Shown in pieces: positions 26,757-35,569 of a stretch of DNA of 64,000 nucleotides (positions are counted from its first letter, which is position 1; every line of letters begins with the position of its first letter). This DNA is from a virus. Its lineage: Duplodnaviria > Caudoviricetes. Under the pieces are notes generated by a model. It was not told where the DNA came from. It made no database searches and saw nothing but the letters and a program-made list of their open reading frames with translations. A program made the translations under genes and the position numbers. The DNA is taken from positions 96,001 through 160,000 of the IMG/VR virus record IMGVR_UViG_3300013121_000005. One strand, 5' to 3'.

Positions 26757-28835
26757 ATGGACGTTCTCAAAGCTCTAGTGGCGGTTCGTAAGGCTATTCG
26801 GGTTGCCACCATCCGATTGAACGAAGTTGGGGACCGGGTAGAGGTCTCGGGGCCCTATAGCGAGATGGTAGCTATCAACCCTAAACTTAAGTCTAGGGGA
26901 TTTTGGTGGGACCCCTCGAAGAAAGTTTGGTGGATCTCTAGGGGTAAGTTGACAGACCGACAGATGCAAGGGCTAAATGACCTTCTGTATGGGAAGTCTA
27001 AGAGCAAGGAAGAACCAGCAAAAGACACCACGCAGGAACTCACTGATCTGTTTGACCAAGCCGCAGGAGAGAAACTTGTTGGGTTTGACTTTGTGAAACT
27101 TCGTGGGGGGTTGACCCTCTCTGGGCGTACCTTTGACTTGACAAGGGAAATCAAGAAGGCGGGAGGCTTTTGGCGGGCTGATTCCAAAGAGTGGTGGTTC
27201 TCTGTCAGTGAGACGAATCTCGATGGTTTCAAGCTATTGTTGCGGGACCTAAAGCGTGAGTCGAAGGTTTTTGAGGGTCGTCAGAAGGATGTCCTGGACT
27301 TGGTGGGGGGCCAGGATCGGAAATGGCCCAGACTTAGAGTTTGGGTTCAAGTAAGTCCAGATGGGAAAGGTATTCCTCAAGTAGTCGTTGGGGGGGACAC
27401 TAAACCCGTGTACTTGCTAATCAAGGAGTGCCTCTCAGAGGTTCGTTTCGGAGGTTCGTCTTGGTCGGTACCTGCATTAGCAACAAGTAAAGACGAGTTG
27501 ACTAGACTCTTTTCAAAGCTTGACAAACAGGAAGCGGCTAAGGAAGAGGTTGAGGGAAAGGCCCCACAGAAGCGAGAAAACTCCCGAGGGGCCCATTGTG
27601 AACGGTGTGGAGTTTGGGTCCCTCCTGGGGAAGGCTACCTTCAACAGGAGCTGAACTCAGATGATGAGGACTTCGTGTGGAAGGTTTTCCACAAGGATGT
27701 GGAAGTCTGCAAAAAGCGTCTTGAAGAGGTGAAGCTCCAGCGGGAGTTGGCTCAAACGCAAAAGGAAGCGTTTCGGAACCTCCACAGGCTAATTGCAACT
27801 CCAGGTAACTACGTGTCTGGGAAGAACATCATCCCTCCCGGGCAAGAGATTCCGTTGTCAGGTAGTGGGTCTCGCCTTTATGGGGGAGGGACATGGCTTG
27901 TTCTAGAGCCTGATGGCCGACATGTGTGGTATGTCCAGAACAACGGCGCTGATGGGGATGATTGGGCACGGAATAATATCCAAACTGGTGGGGCTGGCGC
28001 CATTGGGTGGCGTGCGGCTGTGACAGATGAGCTTCAAGTTTTGATTGACGCTGTTTCTGGGAAGAAGACGGCTTCCTATTCCTATGATAGGACAGCGAAG
28101 TCATTTGACCTCCAGAGATGGGGCTTAGGGGGTCTTCTTCAGGGGGAGCCCGTTGTTTTGTACCACGGTACAACTCGAACCTTCAAAGCGTTTGACCTCT
28201 CGAAAAGTCGGGAGGATCTCGTCAACAAGTACTACGGCAGGGGTATTTTCTTGGTCCCCTCGAAGCGGATTGCGGAACAGTACGCCGAAGCCAATCGTAA
28301 TATCGGCTTTGACCCTTCGATTGTTGACGACTTGAAAATGCGCAACCCTGGTGCGGGCAAGTTCATGGAGGAGTTGGTTGCCCGTGGGGATGATGTTTGG
28401 GAGGACCTCACCCCTGATAAGTTAGGGGTGGAGCCTGGTGAACAATTCCAGGAGGCTGTCGTTCGGATGGTTGGAGGTGTAGACCCTAACACGATTGCGG
28501 ATGTGGCTAGGTACGTCCTCGGCAGTAAGCTCTCCCTCTCCTTCAGTGAAGAGCCAGTTCACATTTTCAACATGAGTACTGGTATGCCTGAGTACATGTA
28601 CGCGAACTTGGATGAGTTGGGTTTGGATTCAGAGGTCTATCGCCCGAAAGTTTACAAAGTGGCTGTCAAGGTAGAAAACGTTCTTGTCACAGCTAGTAAG
28701 TCTGAGGCTCGTAAGGCGCAGTCTAGGGGGTATGATTGTGTCGTTTTCCATGGTTCGGATCTTGTAGGTGGTGTCCCAGAGGTTGCGGTCTTTAGCCCCC
28801 ATAGGGTCAAGATTCTTGGTTATGAAGTGGTGTAG
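26757..28835 (+). CDS. polyvalent protein with C-terminal ADP-ribosyltransferase-like domain
   Basis: three G.T...LK..G..W....K.W-type modules, C..C..H..C finger, NNGADGDDW domain, then LYHGT..F..FD...YYGRGIFL...A.QYA...GYD.V....EVAVF. Confidence 0.7.
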   Translation: MDVLKALVAVRKAIRVATIRLNEVGDRVEVSGPYSEMVAINPKLKSRGFWWDPSKKVWWISRGKLTDRQMQGLNDLLYGKSKSKEEPAKDTTQELTDLFDQAAGEKLVGFDFVKLRGGLTLSGRTFDLTREIKKAGGFWRADSKEWWFSVSETNLDGFKLLLRDLKRESKVFEGRQKDVLDLVGGQDRKWPRLRVWVQVSPDGKGIPQVVVGGDTKPVYLLIKECLSEVRFGGSSWSVPALATSKDELTRLFSKLDKQEAAKEEVEGKAPQKRENSRGAHCERCGVWVPPGEGYLQQELNSDDEDFVWKVFHKDVEVCKKRLEEVKLQRELAQTQKEAFRNLHRLIATPGNYVSGKNIIPPGQEIPLSGSGSRLYGGGTWLVLEPDGRHVWYVQNNGADGDDWARNNIQTGGAGAIGWRAAVTDELQVLIDAVSGKKTASYSYDRTAKSFDLQRWGLGGLLQGEPVVLYHGTTRTFKAFDLSKSREDLVNKYYGRGIFLVPSKRIAEQYAEANRNIGFDPSIVDDLKMRNPGAGKFMEELVARGDDVWEDLTPDKLGVEPGEQFQEAVVRMVGGVDPNTIADVARYVLGSKLSLSFSEEPVHIFNMSTGMPEYMYANLDELGLDSEVYRPKVYKVAVKVENVLVTASKSEARKAQSRGYDCVVFHGSDLVGGVPEVAVFSPHRVKILGYEVV

Positions 28836-28868
28836 TGAGGATCTTTCTATCTCTTAGGTAGTAACAGA

Positions 28869-31800
28869 ATGAATGCACTTGAAGCTATTCGTAGAGTGAT
28901 CTCTCATCGTCCCTCCGTGGCTTCGGGGTCCGGCCCCGGCCCCGAACAAGAAGACTTGGGGGAGGTTCAGGTAGCCGAGTACGTAATTCTTCTGCTAGCG
29001 GTGGATACTTACATCCGCTATGTTGAGGAGGCTACTGGGCAAGAGGACCCGCTCGACGAAGTAATCGACAAGGGCATTCGCCTCATTAGGCTGGCAGATG
29101 CGAACTTGGACAGCATCACTGCGTTCATGTCTGGGCACTTGGCGACAGACTCTCACAAGAAGATGCTCAGTAAGTACCTTGCGATCCGTGGGACAACTTC
29201 CCAAGGGGTAGGGCGCCGGGCACTAGGTCTTCGTACGGTTCTTTCGAGGGGTGGCCCTAACACACTTCGGGGGGTTTTTGGTACTTCCAACAAGGCGCTC
29301 AAGCAGGTCCGTGAGGCCATGGCTGCGGCGATGATGGATGACCCAGATATCGCGCTTGACCAGTTTGCGAAAATCCCTCTTCCCAATATGAGGGTTCGGG
29401 GGTGGATTAAACTGGCGGCAGATACAGCCGTGTCTAAGCAACTCCCCGCAAATGTCGTGGAAGTTGGAGCTAAGGAGGCAGTTGACGAGAATGCGAAGAT
29501 TCTTGCTCAAGGCGTAGAGCAGGCAGCGGCCTCTGGGGCAAGTGCTAGCAAGGCAGCTCAAGATGAGCAGACTCGTCGACTTCAGAAGGTCCAGGAGGAA
29601 GCGACTGCGGCAGCCCAACAGGCCCTTGCGCAGTCGGGGGAGCCTGATGTCCCACTTACCAAGTCCGAGGTGGTAGGGGTGGCTGTAGCAGCGGCTACGG
29701 CTGCGTTGAGTGACCCATCAAATCCTCAAAATATCCCAGAGTCTCTACGTGGTCTCGATGATGAGCAGCGAGCAGCCGCTCTGACGGATGGGCGGGTTGG
29801 GGTTTTTGCTGGGGCTGGTTCGGGTAAGTCCACAACGCTTGTGGCTCGGGTAGCTTACCTTGTTCGGGATCGTCGAGCTACACCAAGTAAGATTCTTGTC
29901 ACTAGCTTCAACACCAAAGCGGCTTCGGAGTTGAAGGAAAAGATTGGCCGAGCTGCGGGTGGGGATGCCCTTCAGCAGATGTCGGTTGGGACGATGCACT
30001 CCCTTTTCCGTCGGTTCGTAATCGAATTCGGTACGCCAGTTGAAAAGACTTCGTTGACCGTTGGGTTCGTTCAGGGAGGAGAAAGGGTAGCTTACGCGGT
30101 TCAGAAAATTTGGGAGGAGTGCTACGGCAATAAGGAACCGCCCCCCAAGTTGAAGACTGCGACGATGAGCAAGGCCAAGTGGTCTGGGAATGATATTTCG
30201 CCTGAGATGGCAAAGAGCCAAGCGACTTCTTCGGAAGAGGAATCCCTCGCTAGGTGGTACGAAATCTACGAGGGGCTTAAGGGCACCTCTGGCGGCGATT
30301 GGCAACCTCCTTGTGTGTCGAAAGCCTACGAGAGCTTCATGGCGAAGTATCGCTCTAAGGTTTCTCGTCTTGGGGATTTCACGGATATGCTCAAAATCTT
30401 CAGGGATATCCTTAAGCGGAATCCTGCTGTGCGAGCTAAGGTCCAGGGGATGTTTGACCACATCATTGTGGACGAGGCGCAAGACCGGAATACGCTTATG
30501 TCAGACATCATCGACATGATGTCTGAGCACATTACGGACGGTTCCGACGGCAAGTCCGTGTGGATCGTCGGCGATGACAAGCAGGCCATCAACTCCTTCC
30601 AAGGCGCAAAGGCCCAGCTCTTCAAGGAGTTGTTCGACAAAGAGGGCTGGAAGACTCGTACCATTCGTACGAATTACCGCTGTGAGCCGGAGATTGTGGA
30701 CGCTGCAAATCGTCTCATTGGGAATAATGAGGGGAATGTCCCGATCCCTCAAGTTCCGGCACCCGGTCGTAAGCGGGGGGTAGGGAGCATTCAAGTTCGG
30801 AAGCCTGGAGATGAGGCGGAAGCTGCCATTGGAGTAGTTGCTGAGATTAAACAGAATCAGGTTCTTGGTGGGGACTTGACTGACAACGCGATTCTATGTC
30901 GAACCAATAAGGAGCTTCACTCTTACGAAACAGCCTGCATCATTCGAGGTATCCCTTACGCTCGTCGGGGTGCGGGTTCGTTTCTTGGATCTCCCGAGAC
31001 GGCTGCTGTGCTTGGTTATGTCCAAATGTCAACCGGTACAGATTACGAGAAGATGCAAAAGTCTCTCGGTCAGGTCATCAACAATCCAAATCGCTTCTTT
31101 TTGTCTGACTCAAAGAAGAATGCGCCTGAGGCTGTTGAGCAAGCCCTTTCTCAGTACGCTAGGATTACGAGGCGTAGTGTCAAAGAGATCAACCCCATTG
31201 AAGCCCTTGGGGACAGAACATTTGTACGACTACTAGCGGATTCCCTAGCTAAGTTCACACATACAGGTCGTGGTTTCAAGTTTGAAGAGAAAATTTACGA
31301 CTTTGCCGCAGCCCTGCAAGACCTTCGTGCGCGTGCAACGAGTGAGGATTACACGACAAAGGACCTCTTTGATGACATCCTTGGACTAGAGGGCGTCGCA
31401 ATTGTGGGCGGGAAGTTTGTCACTCAAACGTTCAGAGAGAGTCTCCAGGCTAATCTTCGTGACGCTCTAGGTAGCGAAGAAGAGAGAGTAGACGAGGGGG
31501 AGGAGGATGATGATCCTACGAAGGGTCTAGGGAACGTATCTTTCCTTTACAAGCTGGCAGAATCCGATCCAACGGATGAAGAGGACGCGATTCTTCCCCC
31601 TACGTCTCCTGTAGGATTTGCGGCGAAGATGTCTCGATATGCCAATAAGATGCGTGATCTGCGCACGGATATCGACAAGTGGAACAAGGAACAAGATGCG
31701 CTTCCTCCTGAGCAGCGTCGGCGACCACCTGGGGTGTACATTGGTACTGTACACTCGGTGAAGGGCGCACAATGGAAAACCACCTTTGTGCAGATGCCAA

Positions 31801-32165
31801 AGGGCAAGTTTCCCATTGAGATTAAGCCTAAGCCGGGGGAGCCCCCGCCTGATCCTGCCAAGGAACAGGAAAGGTGGGAGGATGAGCGTCGGCTTGCCTA
31901 CGTAGCCCTCACCCGAGCTGCCCAGAATCTACGTGTGGTTTGTCCTACGGTGGTTGGGGGTAAGGCTGCTGGGGTCAGTTCGTTCGTGTCTGAAGCTGGG
32001 TTGGTTGTGGGTGAGAATGTGCCTCGGCAAGCTCCCGATGCATCTCCAGCAGAGACTCCAGCAGGCCCGGATGAGGGTCCGGGGGCAACTCCGGATGAAG
32101 TTCTGATGGGTAAGTCAGCATCAGCGGATTGGGACTTGTATCAACACCCTTGGGGCGACGCTTAG
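28869..32165 (+). CDS. UvrD/PcrA-like SF1 helicase with ~290-aa N-terminal extension
   Basis: AGAGSGKST, FNTKAA, GTMHS, DEAQD, VGDDKQAINSFQGA, NYR, LCRTN, TVHSVKG, ERRLAYVALTRA. Confidence 0.92.
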   Translation: MNALEAIRRVISHRPSVASGSGPGPEQEDLGEVQVAEYVILLLAVDTYIRYVEEATGQEDPLDEVIDKGIRLIRLADANLDSITAFMSGHLATDSHKKMLSKYLAIRGTTSQGVGRRALGLRTVLSRGGPNTLRGVFGTSNKALKQVREAMAAAMMDDPDIALDQFAKIPLPNMRVRGWIKLAADTAVSKQLPANVVEVGAKEAVDENAKILAQGVEQAAASGASASKAAQDEQTRRLQKVQEEATAAAQQALAQSGEPDVPLTKSEVVGVAVAAATAALSDPSNPQNIPESLRGLDDEQRAAALTDGRVGVFAGAGSGKSTTLVARVAYLVRDRRATPSKILVTSFNTKAASELKEKIGRAAGGDALQQMSVGTMHSLFRRFVIEFGTPVEKTSLTVGFVQGGERVAYAVQKIWEECYGNKEPPPKLKTATMSKAKWSGNDISPEMAKSQATSSEEESLARWYEIYEGLKGTSGGDWQPPCVSKAYESFMAKYRSKVSRLGDFTDMLKIFRDILKRNPAVRAKVQGMFDHIIVDEAQDRNTLMSDIIDMMSEHITDGSDGKSVWIVGDDKQAINSFQGAKAQLFKELFDKEGWKTRTIRTNYRCEPEIVDAANRLIGNNEGNVPIPQVPAPGRKRGVGSIQVRKPGDEAEAAIGVVAEIKQNQVLGGDLTDNAILCRTNKELHSYETACIIRGIPYARRGAGSFLGSPETAAVLGYVQMSTGTDYEKMQKSLGQVINNPNRFFLSDSKKNAPEAVEQALSQYARITRRSVKEINPIEALGDRTFVRLLADSLAKFTHTGRGFKFEEKIYDFAAALQDLRARATSEDYTTKDLFDDILGLEGVAIVGGKFVTQTFRESLQANLRDALGSEEERVDEGEEDDDPTKGLGNVSFLYKLAESDPTDEEDAILPPTSPVGFAAKMSRYANKMRDLRTDIDKWNKEQDALPPEQRRRPPGVYIGTVHSVKGAQWKTTFVQMPKGKFPIEIKPKPGEPPPDPAKEQERWEDERRLAYVALTRAAQNLRVVCPTVVGGKAAGVSSFVSEAGLVVGENVPRQAPDASPAETPAGPDEGPGATPDEVLMGKSASADWDLYQHPWGDA

Positions 32166-32175
32166 AAAGACGACC

Positions 32176-32928
32176 ATGGCAGCTCAATTTACAGAAGTCA
32201 CGCTGGAAGAGATGGACAAGTTCCTTCGGCGGAGCTGGCGTGCGCTCCGCCCAAAGCAGGGTACAGAGCGGCGAGAGGTCTACTATGACCTCTCAGTGAG
32301 CCCTCATGTGGTTATCCGAGTATGGACCTCTATTGGAGTAGGGCGTGAGGTAGGAGCTGATATTGGTTCGGATGCTATCCGAATTCAGCTACTTTCTCGT
32401 AAGGGGTTTTCGCTTACAAAAGGGAAGTCCCCAATTGTCAAACGTACACAGGGGTGGCGTAACAATCTTCAAGAGCGGGTTGAGGACTACTTGGAGTTGT
32501 ATGACGACCGGGAGGAATACTTTGAGGAGCGTGCTGTAGGGGAGCGGTCGGCTCCAGCCCCTGAGCCTACTCCTCCTCGTCGTGAGCAAGAGCGGGAAGA
32601 GCGGGAAGAAGAGGAGCGGGAAGAACGTCCTTCCTCCTCTCGCCCTGAAGCCAAAGCCACCTTCACTCGGTTGAAGGATGGTTCTTGGGGGCTCAGGGTG
32701 GAAGGCAAGGTTCGGGAAGGCGATAGAGTTATCGCAGTTCGCCAGAATGGGTCTTCCCAGGTTATGACTTGCGGGACTGTTGTTTGGAGTGGCCCTGATC
32801 GGCACACCGGGAAGTACCTAACAATTACCACAATTGGTGGCTCTAAGAGAGCTAGCAGTGAAGAAGAATGTGGGTGTGAGGAATCGGACAGCGACGAGGG
32901 CTATGACTACAGCCGACGTGAGGTGTAG
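32176..32928 (+). CDS. two-domain hypothetical protein (possible nucleic-acid binder)
   Basis: IRVWTSI..R..G.DAIRI..KRTQGW..NL domain, Glu/Arg linker, ATFTRLKDGSWGLRV small beta-barrel. Confidence 0.65.
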   Translation: MAAQFTEVTLEEMDKFLRRSWRALRPKQGTERREVYYDLSVSPHVVIRVWTSIGVGREVGADIGSDAIRIQLLSRKGFSLTKGKSPIVKRTQGWRNNLQERVEDYLELYDDREEYFEERAVGERSAPAPEPTPPRREQEREEREEEEREERPSSSRPEAKATFTRLKDGSWGLRVEGKVREGDRVIAVRQNGSSQVMTCGTVVWSGPDRHTGKYLTITTIGGSKRASSEEECGCEESDSDEGYDYSRREV

Positions 32929-32940
32929 ACCTATCCTTTG

Positions 32941-33801
32941 ATGCAAGCAGTTGAGCTAACCTTTCAGGTTTTGGTAGATGCTACACATCCTTCAGTTAGG
33001 GAGGATGTGATCTCGTTCGAGACTGGGGCATCGAGGGCTCAGACGCAGGACCCAGCCCTATTCGCCTATGAGCATCATGGTCCAGAGTTTGGCCCTGGGG
33101 ATCCCGGGGCTCTTACTCGATTTTACGAGGACTTGGTGCTCGGTGTCCCCTTGCCATTGACGATGGCACTTCGAGAGGTCAGTAGGGTTGACACGGTTGT
33201 TGCGGTTGCCCTTTTTCTGTACCGAGACCTTCCAGTACACCCGACAACCCCTGGGTTTGTAGCTGCTGTAGACCTCATCCATCGCAGGGGGCCGTCCTTC
33301 TTGGGGCATGTAGGGGCGGACCTTGCTCGGTTCCTTCAGGGGCTGGAGATGTTCTTTACCCCTTCTCTCTCCAAGGAAGAGCGTGGAGAACGTCTTGGGG
33401 TGGCAGCTCAATGGATTCGAGGGTACATATTGGAAGGGGTTTTGCCTAACTTGGGCCCTAGAGCCCCAGAGGTGAGAGTCCTAGATGTGGGGACGAATGG
33501 ATTCGTTCTTGCTGAATCTATTCGTCCTGGGGTTGAAGCGTGGTCCGAGTTGTACCGACAGGGACATCTTCGAGGGGTTCTTTTAGGCCCCTTGAAGGGT
33601 GAATCCCGTGTGGTACAGGCTTCCAAGAAGAGCGAGAGAGTTCCATTTGACCTCTTTCGGGCGGCAGTTGTATTGAATGAGTTGGAGACCTTAGGGGGAG
33701 GAGATCCATCTTGGAAAGTGGAAGGGTTAACCTTGTTTAGCCCAGAGGATGGTACGGACCTCCTCGTTAGCTATCTTCTTGAGGTCTTCCTTCGAGTGTG
33801 A
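32941..33801 (+). CDS. degenerate DHH-phosphoesterase-like protein
   Basis: YEHH in place of DHH, VDTVVAV motif, AVDLIH, C-terminal DHHA-like region. Confidence 0.45.
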   Translation: MQAVELTFQVLVDATHPSVREDVISFETGASRAQTQDPALFAYEHHGPEFGPGDPGALTRFYEDLVLGVPLPLTMALREVSRVDTVVAVALFLYRDLPVHPTTPGFVAAVDLIHRRGPSFLGHVGADLARFLQGLEMFFTPSLSKEERGERLGVAAQWIRGYILEGVLPNLGPRAPEVRVLDVGTNGFVLAESIRPGVEAWSELYRQGHLRGVLLGPLKGESRVVQASKKSERVPFDLFRAAVVLNELETLGGGDPSWKVEGLTLFSPEDGTDLLVSYLLEVFLRV

Positions 33802-33802
33802 G

Positions 33803-33828
33803 GATCTTGTTGTCTAATCTTCCTGGTG
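33803..33828 (+). promoter_or_regulatory. candidate late promoter (leaderless)
   Basis: GATCTTGTTGT-N11-GGTG-C-ATG(33830), no SD. Confidence 0.5.
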
Positions 33829-33829
33829 C

Positions 33830-35521
33830 ATGGGAAGTAGAACCTTGGTCACTGTCGCAACGGATGGTTTCCGCGATTACGTGGAGTTGCCAGATGGGCG
33901 TACCCTAAATCTGGGTTCCGTTTCGGTTCTCAACTTGATAGTGAGGCTAGTGGACAGCTCGGCCGTTGCACGCAAGGCTTTGGACCTGTTTCTTGCAAAT
34001 GGGCACACAACTGTTGCCGTAGATGTGCAAGCGTTGGAGGAGCTGTTGCGCCCTAAACGAGCAAGATGGTCACATGAGAATCGTTTTATCTCACCTTGTT
34101 CTCAGACACCTCTTGACCTTGGAGCTAAGAGTTACCCCATGTCCTCTCAGGATCTATTCCTAACCAAGTTAGCGGCTCTTGATGACCTTCTATCGACCTT
34201 TGGGCAAGGCAAACCGTCCGCTGCTCAATTTGGGAAGTTAGGTTCCCTTTCACGTTCGCTTCTAGGTACGGCTATTGAGGCGGCGGTAGTGGACGAGGAC
34301 TTGAAGTTTGAATTGCAGGTGTTTCTGGACAACGAGGCCAAACTCTACAACCAGAAGAAGAGCATCATTGCTAACATCATGCGTAAGCTAAAGGCAGGGA
34401 AGTACGACCCTCGGCTGGCGCCTAAACTCTGGCTGTATTGGGTTGATGCAGGGGCTAAGTTGTATCAACAAGAGATGGACCTTAAAATTCCAAGGAATGT
34501 GCGTGAGGCGCTAGCAGAAGAGATCGCGGATAGCGAGTATCGACGTATTCAGGATGGGGAATACGGCAACTTGGCCAAGATGGCGACTGAAGAGAAGGAG
34601 TCTCGGTTTGAGGAGGGCAAGCCTGCTGACCCAACTGAGAACATGTCTCCTGAGGACGCTAAGAAATGGCGAGAGGAGCACTTGAATAACAAGGATAACT
34701 TCAAGTCTGCCGCAGAGGTTACCGCTTCTCGAACTAAGCATCTTCCTGGGGAAGATGAGGACCATACAGCTTGTGGGGAACAAGCTCGGAAGGATACGCT
34801 GGTAGATTCCGTGAAGGACGCTACTTGTTACTACTGCAAGCAGGCTTGGGAGAGGAAGCATAAGGCAGCATCTTTTGACCCTAGGTTCGCTTCTCGCTCA
34901 GCTAATGAGGCTTTTGCGACAAACTTGTTGGCTGAAATCAATTCTGCTCTTGTGGCTGTAGAGCAGAGCAAGAAGGCGAATGGGGTTCTTGCCAAGAAGG
35001 ATCTTCACACTATTTCTGAGAAGTTAGTGACCGCTCTTCAGGAAGAGTCTCCTTCAAGTCTTGGGGCAACCCTTTGGGACCTTAGGGCTAAGACAGCTAA
35101 GATTTACACTCACTTTGCTGGCGCAAAGCGAGATACGGACAGCGAAGCTCGTCACCTTAATACTGTCGTTGAAGAGGGCATTGCAGCTTTTGGGCAAGTT
35201 GTTCGTAAAGACTCTCAACTCACGCTAAAGAGGGGTTGGGAAGATACCCTCTATCCGGTAGCGGTTAAGGTTGTACAGCTCAGTAAAACGGCTGCTAACC
35301 ACTCGTTCTCGACTTTTCCTGAAGTACTCAAGGGAGCTTGGGATGCTCGCCTCCAAGTGCAGCAGCTTGATATGGCTTGTGCTAGATTGGCTAATGCTGA
35401 TTATGCAGAACTTGGGATTGATGCAGATTCCGAGAGCTTCAATCGCGCAAAGGAGGCTTTCCGAGAAGCTGAGGGAGCCCTTGGTAGGGCGCATGCTATA
35501 CTCAAGCGGATGGGGATGTGA
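33830..35521 (+). CDS. polyvalent putative internal head protein
   Basis: modules ELQVFLDNE..LYNQ..GKYD..LA.KLW.Y, FEEGKPADPTENMSPEDA and H..CG..C..C finger, separated by K/R-x-A motifs. Confidence 0.65.
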   Translation: MGSRTLVTVATDGFRDYVELPDGRTLNLGSVSVLNLIVRLVDSSAVARKALDLFLANGHTTVAVDVQALEELLRPKRARWSHENRFISPCSQTPLDLGAKSYPMSSQDLFLTKLAALDDLLSTFGQGKPSAAQFGKLGSLSRSLLGTAIEAAVVDEDLKFELQVFLDNEAKLYNQKKSIIANIMRKLKAGKYDPRLAPKLWLYWVDAGAKLYQQEMDLKIPRNVREALAEEIADSEYRRIQDGEYGNLAKMATEEKESRFEEGKPADPTENMSPEDAKKWREEHLNNKDNFKSAAEVTASRTKHLPGEDEDHTACGEQARKDTLVDSVKDATCYYCKQAWERKHKAASFDPRFASRSANEAFATNLLAEINSALVAVEQSKKANGVLAKKDLHTISEKLVTALQEESPSSLGATLWDLRAKTAKIYTHFAGAKRDTDSEARHLNTVVEEGIAAFGQVVRKDSQLTLKRGWEDTLYPVAVKVVQLSKTAANHSFSTFPEVLKGAWDARLQVQQLDMACARLANADYAELGIDADSESFNRAKEAFREAEGALGRAHAILKRMGM

Positions 35522-35569
35522 TTCACATTGGTCTTGAGTGGGTTTGATTCTTGAAAGGCGGAGTGTAAG

